This document shows, one piece after another, positions 59,685-64,000 of a stretch of 64,000 nt of DNA. Position 1 is the stretch's first letter; each line of letters opens with the position of its first letter. Source of the stretch: Candidatus Latescibacterota bacterium (lineage in GTDB: Bacteria; Latescibacterota; UBA2968; UBA8231); assembly GCA_965197905.1 (NCBI GenBank), contig CBDAOB010000004.1, positions 1,760,001-1,824,000 on the forward strand, in the 5' to 3' direction. The notes under the pieces were generated by a model, which worked only from the letters and a program-made list of their open reading frames with translations, had not been told where the DNA came from and ran no database searches. A program made the position numbers and the translations under genes.

Positions 59685-60581
59685 ATGGATCAGATTTCGA
59701 TTCTTCTTTTGCTGGGAATCGTACTATTCCTCGCCTTACTCGCCTATTTCGTGCCGCTGGGGTTGTGGATCAGCGCGTTCTTCGCCGGGGTGAAGGTGCA
59801 GATCTTCAAAGACCTGGTGGGCATGCGACTGCGAAAGGTACCCCCCGTGGCCATTGTGCGTCCGAAAATCAGCGCCACCAAAGCCGGGCTGCAGGTCGAT
59901 CTGGACCGTATGGAAGCCCACTATCTGGCAGGCGGAAATGTCGAAGCGGTAATCCTGGCGTTGATCTCCGCAGATAAGGCAAATATAGATCTTGCCTTCG
60001 AGCGGGCAGCCAGCATCGACCTGGCCGGACGCGATGTGCTGGAAGCGGTCAAGGTCAGCGTCAACCCAAAGGTCATCAATACCCCGCTCATCACTGCGGT
60101 AGCCAAGGACGGTATTCAGGTGAGAGCAACCTGTCGCGTCACCGTGCGTGCCAATATCGATCGCTTGGTGGGAGGCGCCGGGGAAGAGACGATTATCGCC
60201 CGTGTCGGCGAGGGCATCATCACCAGTATCGGATCTTGCAACAGCCACAAACAGGTGCTGGAAAGCCCAGACCTGATCTCGAAAACGGTGCTGGCCAAAG
60301 GACTGGATTCCGGTTCGGCCTTCGAGATTCTATCCATCGATATAGCGGATGTGGATGTGGGAGAGAATATCGGTGCCAGTCTGCAGACCGATCAGGCCGA
60401 GGCTGACTTAAAAATTGCTCGCGCCAAAGCGGAGGAGCGACGCGCGATGGCCGAGGCGCGTGAGCAGGAGATGACGGCGTTGGTGGAAGAGATGAGTGCG
60501 CGGGTCCGGGAAGCGGAAGCCGAGGTTCCCAAAGCCTTAGCCGAGGCGTTTCGTTCGGGCAACCTGGGCTCCTTGTCCTGA
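59685..60581 (+). CDS. floA: Second FloA paralogue lacking the C-terminal ~30 aa
   Basis: Collinear with 54366-55355 up to [10 protein letters not shown], then stop. Confidence 0.88.
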   Translation: MDQISILLLLGIVLFLALLAYFVPLGLWISAFFAGVKVQIFKDLVGMRLRKVPPVAIVRPKISATKAGLQVDLDRMEAHYLAGGNVEAVILALISADKANIDLAFERAASIDLAGRDVLEAVKVSVNPKVINTPLITAVAKDGIQVRATCRVTVRANIDRLVGGAGEETIIARVGEGIITSIGSCNSHKQVLESPDLISKTVLAKGLDSGSAFEILSIDIADVDVGENIGASLQTDQAEADLKIARAKAEERRAMAEAREQEMTALVEEMSARVREAEAEVPKALAEAFRSGNLGSLS

Positions 60582-60611
60582 TCTCGTCGGTCAATCCAGG
60601 GTTTCGGGAGA

Positions 60612-62381
60612 TTATTCGCGTACTACAGCCAGGGTGCGCTGATAGGTGCGGCCATTGGCTTCTAGGACGTAATAATAGACACCGCTGGCGACGGCTTCTC
60701 CATCCTGATTGGTTCCGTCCCAGGTGGCCGCAAAAGAACGTGCCGAGCGCTGGCCCTGTTCCAGCACACGAACCAGTTCCCCCGTTGCTGAAAAGATCGA
60801 TATCCTGGCGTCGTCGCTGGCTTCGTCCAGTGCGTACGGGATTAAGGTTGTTTCGAGTCCGTGAATTCGGAACGGGTTTGGTCGATTTTGTTCCAAACGA
60901 AATACCTGCGAGTCGGTGCCACCCCCCAGAAGGTTGGGATCGTACTCGGCGGCCACATTGTATTCGAAACCGGCGCCGGACTGCTCAAGGCTGCTGAGAA
61001 CGACAACGATCTCGTCAAACTGGTCCCAATCCTGGATCTCGACTCTGTTCGCATCGGCGTCACGAATCTCGACGGCGTCCCGCGAAATCAACAGCAGTTG
61101 TCGTTTCCAGTTTCCCTCTTCCGTATTTAGTTCGAGAGCCACACCCCCGCTTTGCAGCTGCGGGTCCAGCTTCAAGTAAGCACTTCCCGTGTGATCCACC
61201 TGGCCACTGTCGGCCACGGCGACTTTGGACGCGGTTCGCAGGGTTTGCGTCCGCACTTCGCCATACTTTTCGCCTTCGGAGTAGAACATGCCGGAACGGT
61301 GGTTGACCCCGGTGAAGTAATTCCACACGGCGTATTCCCCTATGGCCGCCGCCAACCCGCCGGGAATCCACTGGCGAATGGCGCGCTCGAAATTTACCAG
61401 GCGAGCGTGATTGCTGACGGCCATCTCGTCCCACACCAACCGAATCAAATCGCGACCAAAACGCTGATCGAGAAAATGTGCGAAAAGGGCGCTTCCGTAG
61501 ATGCGCGTTTCCACGGTGAAGTTTCCACTTCCCAACGCGCGCTCGGGCCGGCGGAGCACACTGGGCACGTACTGCAAGTAGTCGTCCACTTCGGGGTAGG
61601 CCACCTCCTCCATCCAGGTTGCCGACGCCTCCTGCCACCACACTCCGTTTCTCCCGGCGTAGTAGGAGAACTGTACCCCGTGAAAGAATTCATGTGCCAG
61701 GGTGACGTGCAGGGCATCCAATCCGCGGGTCTGAACATATACGGGATCGGTAAAATTGTTGTCGATCTCGAAATAGACCGGCGTCGTATTCCCAGAGAGC
61801 TCGGGGAAGGCATAGCCGTACACTCCGGAGCCGCTCAAGTCAGTCAGATACACATCGTATTCGTTTCCGCCGCCGACGCTGCCGTCTACTAATGGAGCCC
61901 GATACCCAAGGTCCACCACCTCAAGTTGCCAGGAGCGTTCCAATGTGGCTGCCGTCTCATCTATATAGTCCGGTATCGCGTTGTCATCCTCGTCACTGGG
62001 ATCTACGCCGTGGCGACCCTCCACGTCGTAGTGCAGGCGAAAACGACCGGAGGCGGTCACCAGACTGTTCGCTCTCGACGGGCGCTGCAAAGTGCGGGCG
62101 AGTTTCGCCCGAAACGAGACACTCAGCTCCGGCGCCGCCTGTTGAGCAGCGACGAGGGCAGGGGTGCCACAACGCGGGTGCAGGTTCGTCGGGGACGGAC
62201 GAAACGCCTGCGGCAGGGAATCCGGGTCACGGACAGCGTAGACTTCGTACAGAAGGGCGGTCTCGTAATCCAAAACTCCGGATTCGAAGGCTTCGCTTAC
62301 CAGTGTGCCCGCATGGGCGGGGGCACCCAAACTTCCCAGGCAAAAGCTGCAAACAACAAGGGGTCGAAACACGTGCACCAA
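60612..62381 (-). CDS. Secreted zinc metalloprotease (MXAN_6640-like) with C-terminal FlgD-Ig domain
   Basis: Propeptide CGT, AHEFFHGVQ, WWQEASATWME, C-terminal QNRPNPF..WDG..ASGVYYY. Confidence 0.8.
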   Translation of the reverse strand: MVHVFRPLVVCSFCLGSLGAPAHAGTLVSEAFESGVLDYETALLYEVYAVRDPDSLPQAFRPSPTNLHPRCGTPALVAAQQAAPELSVSFRAKLARTLQRPSRANSLVTASGRFRLHYDVEGRHGVDPSDEDDNAIPDYIDETAATLERSWQLEVVDLGYRAPLVDGSVGGGNEYDVYLTDLSGSGVYGYAFPELSGNTTPVYFEIDNNFTDPVYVQTRGLDALHVTLAHEFFHGVQFSYYAGRNGVWWQEASATWMEEVAYPEVDDYLQYVPSVLRRPERALGSGNFTVETRIYGSALFAHFLDQRFGRDLIRLVWDEMAVSNHARLVNFERAIRQWIPGGLAAAIGEYAVWNYFTGVNHRSGMFYSEGEKYGEVRTQTLRTASKVAVADSGQVDHTGSAYLKLDPQLQSGGVALELNTEEGNWKRQLLLISRDAVEIRDADANRVEIQDWDQFDEIVVVLSSLEQSGAGFEYNVAAEYDPNLLGGGTDSQVFRLEQNRPNPFRIHGLETTLIPYALDEASDDARISIFSATGELVRVLEQGQRSARSFAATWDGTNQDGEAVASGVYYYVLEANGRTYQRTLAVVRE

Positions 62382-62501
62382 TCTACTCCGATCGATAACC
62401 AGCCGAAAGATATCCGCTGCGAGCCCGGCGCCGTTGATGTATGTTAAAGGCTACACCGAGCGGCCACAGCGCCGCCTCGCGGACAAATGCACAAACAGAC
62501 G

Positions 62502-63314
62502 ATGACCAAAGCGCGATCGGTGTTTCTGATCGCCGCCTTCTGCAGCATAGGGTGGTTTTGTTCAAACTCTCCCAAAGCGGACGAACCTGAGAAGAGTCCG
62601 GTTCCCCCGCCTATGGAGAATCTGACGCCGGTGTACTCCTACCGCGTGGTGGATTCCTACACCCACGACCTGCGGGCGTTCACCCAGGGGCTGGCGATCG
62701 CAAACGGAGCACTCTACGAAAGTACAGGGCTGTATGGCGAGTCCACATTGCGCCGGGTCGATCTGGCAACGGGCGAGGTCCTGCAAATCCGTTCCCTTCC
62801 CGATTCCCTATTCGGGGAAGGGATCGCCGTTTGGGAAGAGCGGATTATTCAGGTTACCTGGCGCTCGCGCATGGGGTTGGTGTACGATCGTGACTCCTTC
62901 GAGTTGTTGCAGCAGTTCCGTTACGACACCGAGGGGTGGGGATTAACCCATGACGGCGACCGCCTGATACTCAGCGACGGTAGCTCCACACTCTATTTCT
63001 TGGACCCGAATTCGTTCGCCGAACTCGGGCGCTTGGCGGTACACGACAGCGACGGCCCCGTGACCCTACTGAACGAATTGGAGTATGTCGGCGGCGAGGT
63101 GTTCGCAAACATCCTGCAATCAGACCGCATCGCTCGCATCGACCCAAAAAGCGGCAAGGTGACCGGGTGGATCGACCTGGAGGGCCTCCTTGCCGAGGTT
63201 CGAGGGTCCAACGCCGTGGGGGTTTTGAATGGGATCGCCTATGACGAAGCCCGTAACAGACTCTATGTAACGGGGAAGAACTGGCCGCAGCTTTTCGAGA
63301 TCGAGCTGCGGTGA
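62502..63314 (+). CDS. Glutaminyl-peptide cyclotransferase (type I, beta-propeller)
   Basis: FTQGL, YESTGLYG, FGEG, EGWGL, LNELE, LNGIAY, TGKNWP. Confidence 0.93.
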   Translation: MTKARSVFLIAAFCSIGWFCSNSPKADEPEKSPVPPPMENLTPVYSYRVVDSYTHDLRAFTQGLAIANGALYESTGLYGESTLRRVDLATGEVLQIRSLPDSLFGEGIAVWEERIIQVTWRSRMGLVYDRDSFELLQQFRYDTEGWGLTHDGDRLILSDGSSTLYFLDPNSFAELGRLAVHDSDGPVTLLNELEYVGGEVFANILQSDRIARIDPKSGKVTGWIDLEGLLAEVRGSNAVGVLNGIAYDEARNRLYVTGKNWPQLFEIELR

Positions 63315-63318
63315 TCGG

Positions 63319-64000
63319 TTAGAGCAAAGCCTCGGCGTCTTCCGCTTCCCTGAGGTTCAACAAGGGTCCGCGCACGCCACGCTCGATTTTCGCAAACGCG
63401 TCGTGATTGTGGATGCTTTCGTAGTTGTTGCTTGAGACGTAGAACCAGCGGATGCGGTCTGTTTCCAGCAAAGCGATGGTTTCAGCCGACACGTCGCGCA
63501 CGATATCCTCGACAAATTTCGGATTGTCGAAGGCTTTCTCGGTCACGTGTTTTTCGTCGGGACGCTTCAGGATCGGATAGAGCTGGCACGAAGCACTGCG
63601 CTCGGCGATATCGATTAGGTCTTCGAACCAGATGAACGCCTCATCGTTGGGGCGCACGTCCACCTTGATTTCCGAGCGCTGATTGTGGGCGCCGTAGTCG
63701 CTGATCTCCTTGCTGCACGGACAGCAACTGGCGGCGTTTACGCGGACGCCGACCATCTTGTCGTACAAACCGTCTTTCGACATCATCGCGCGGAATATGC
63801 AGTCGTAGTCCAAAAGTCCACTTTCGCCGCTCACCGGAGCCGGTCGGCAGAGAAAGATCGGAAACTCCATGTCCAAATAGGCCTCTTCCGCGCCCAACAG
63901 TCGCAGCATCTCTTCCAGCACAATATGCACGTTGTCGGGCCGGAAGTGATGGTTCTGTTCATTGAGGGCTATCATGAACCGCGACATGTGCGTCCCCTTC
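63319..64000 (-). CDS. folE2: GTP cyclohydrolase IB (5' part outside the window)
   Basis: KGTHMSRF, CPCSKEIS, AHNQRS, LKRPDEK, NPKFVED, ESIHNHDA. Confidence 0.93.
   Translation of the reverse strand, partial: KGTHMSRFMIALNEQNHHFRPDNVHIVLEEMLRLLGAEEAYLDMEFPIFLCRPAPVSGESGLLDYDCIFRAMMSKDGLYDKMVGVRVNAASCCPCSKEISDYGAHNQRSEIKVDVRPNDEAFIWFEDLIDIAERSASCQLYPILKRPDEKHVTEKAFDNPKFVEDIVRDVSAETIALLETDRIRWFYVSSNNYESIHNHDAFAKIERGVRGPLLNLREAEDAEALL

Noticed and set aside
1..64000. UGA-readthrough selenoproteins near selC
   Set aside because: I found no in-frame TGA at a conserved Cys position, and the sequence after the floA2 TGA does not resume homology. The check was manual and not exhaustive.

Overview
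GC-rich bacterial chromosome segment. The NxPNPF(N) FlgD-type secretion domains and the gene content suggest an FCB-superphylum lineage such as Latescibacterota; this is inference only. Most of the window is housekeeping: hemF, uxuA, an oxalyl-CoA synthetase/reductase-like pair, an ispE-tRNA-Gln-rplY-pth-hppA-rpsF-DUF2232-rplI-tRNA-Sec cluster, a TPR-CRP-sigma54 activator-HtrA-M24-methyltransferase-ccm run, two DUF151 nucleases, nfeD-floA, tRNA-Leu, a sigma70 and folE2. The standout is a ~13.5 kb decayed genomic island (13013-26647) integrated at the anticodon loop of tRNA-Sec. It is bounded by a 96-bp direct repeat, has no integrase, and carries remnants of at least three IS elements, including matching IS3-type terminal inverted repeats near both ends. 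Its cargo is a legionaminic-acid-type nonulosonic acid module (NeuD/C/B, SDR, NeuA, Gfo/Idh/MocA), co-oriented with an arginine-type amidinotransferase, a deacetylase-like protein, an acyltransferase and two recently duplicated SAM methyltransferases. This is a candidate, untested pathway for guanidinylated/methylated surface sugars. Several genes have 1-2 bp frameshifts in short runs that look like sequencing errors.
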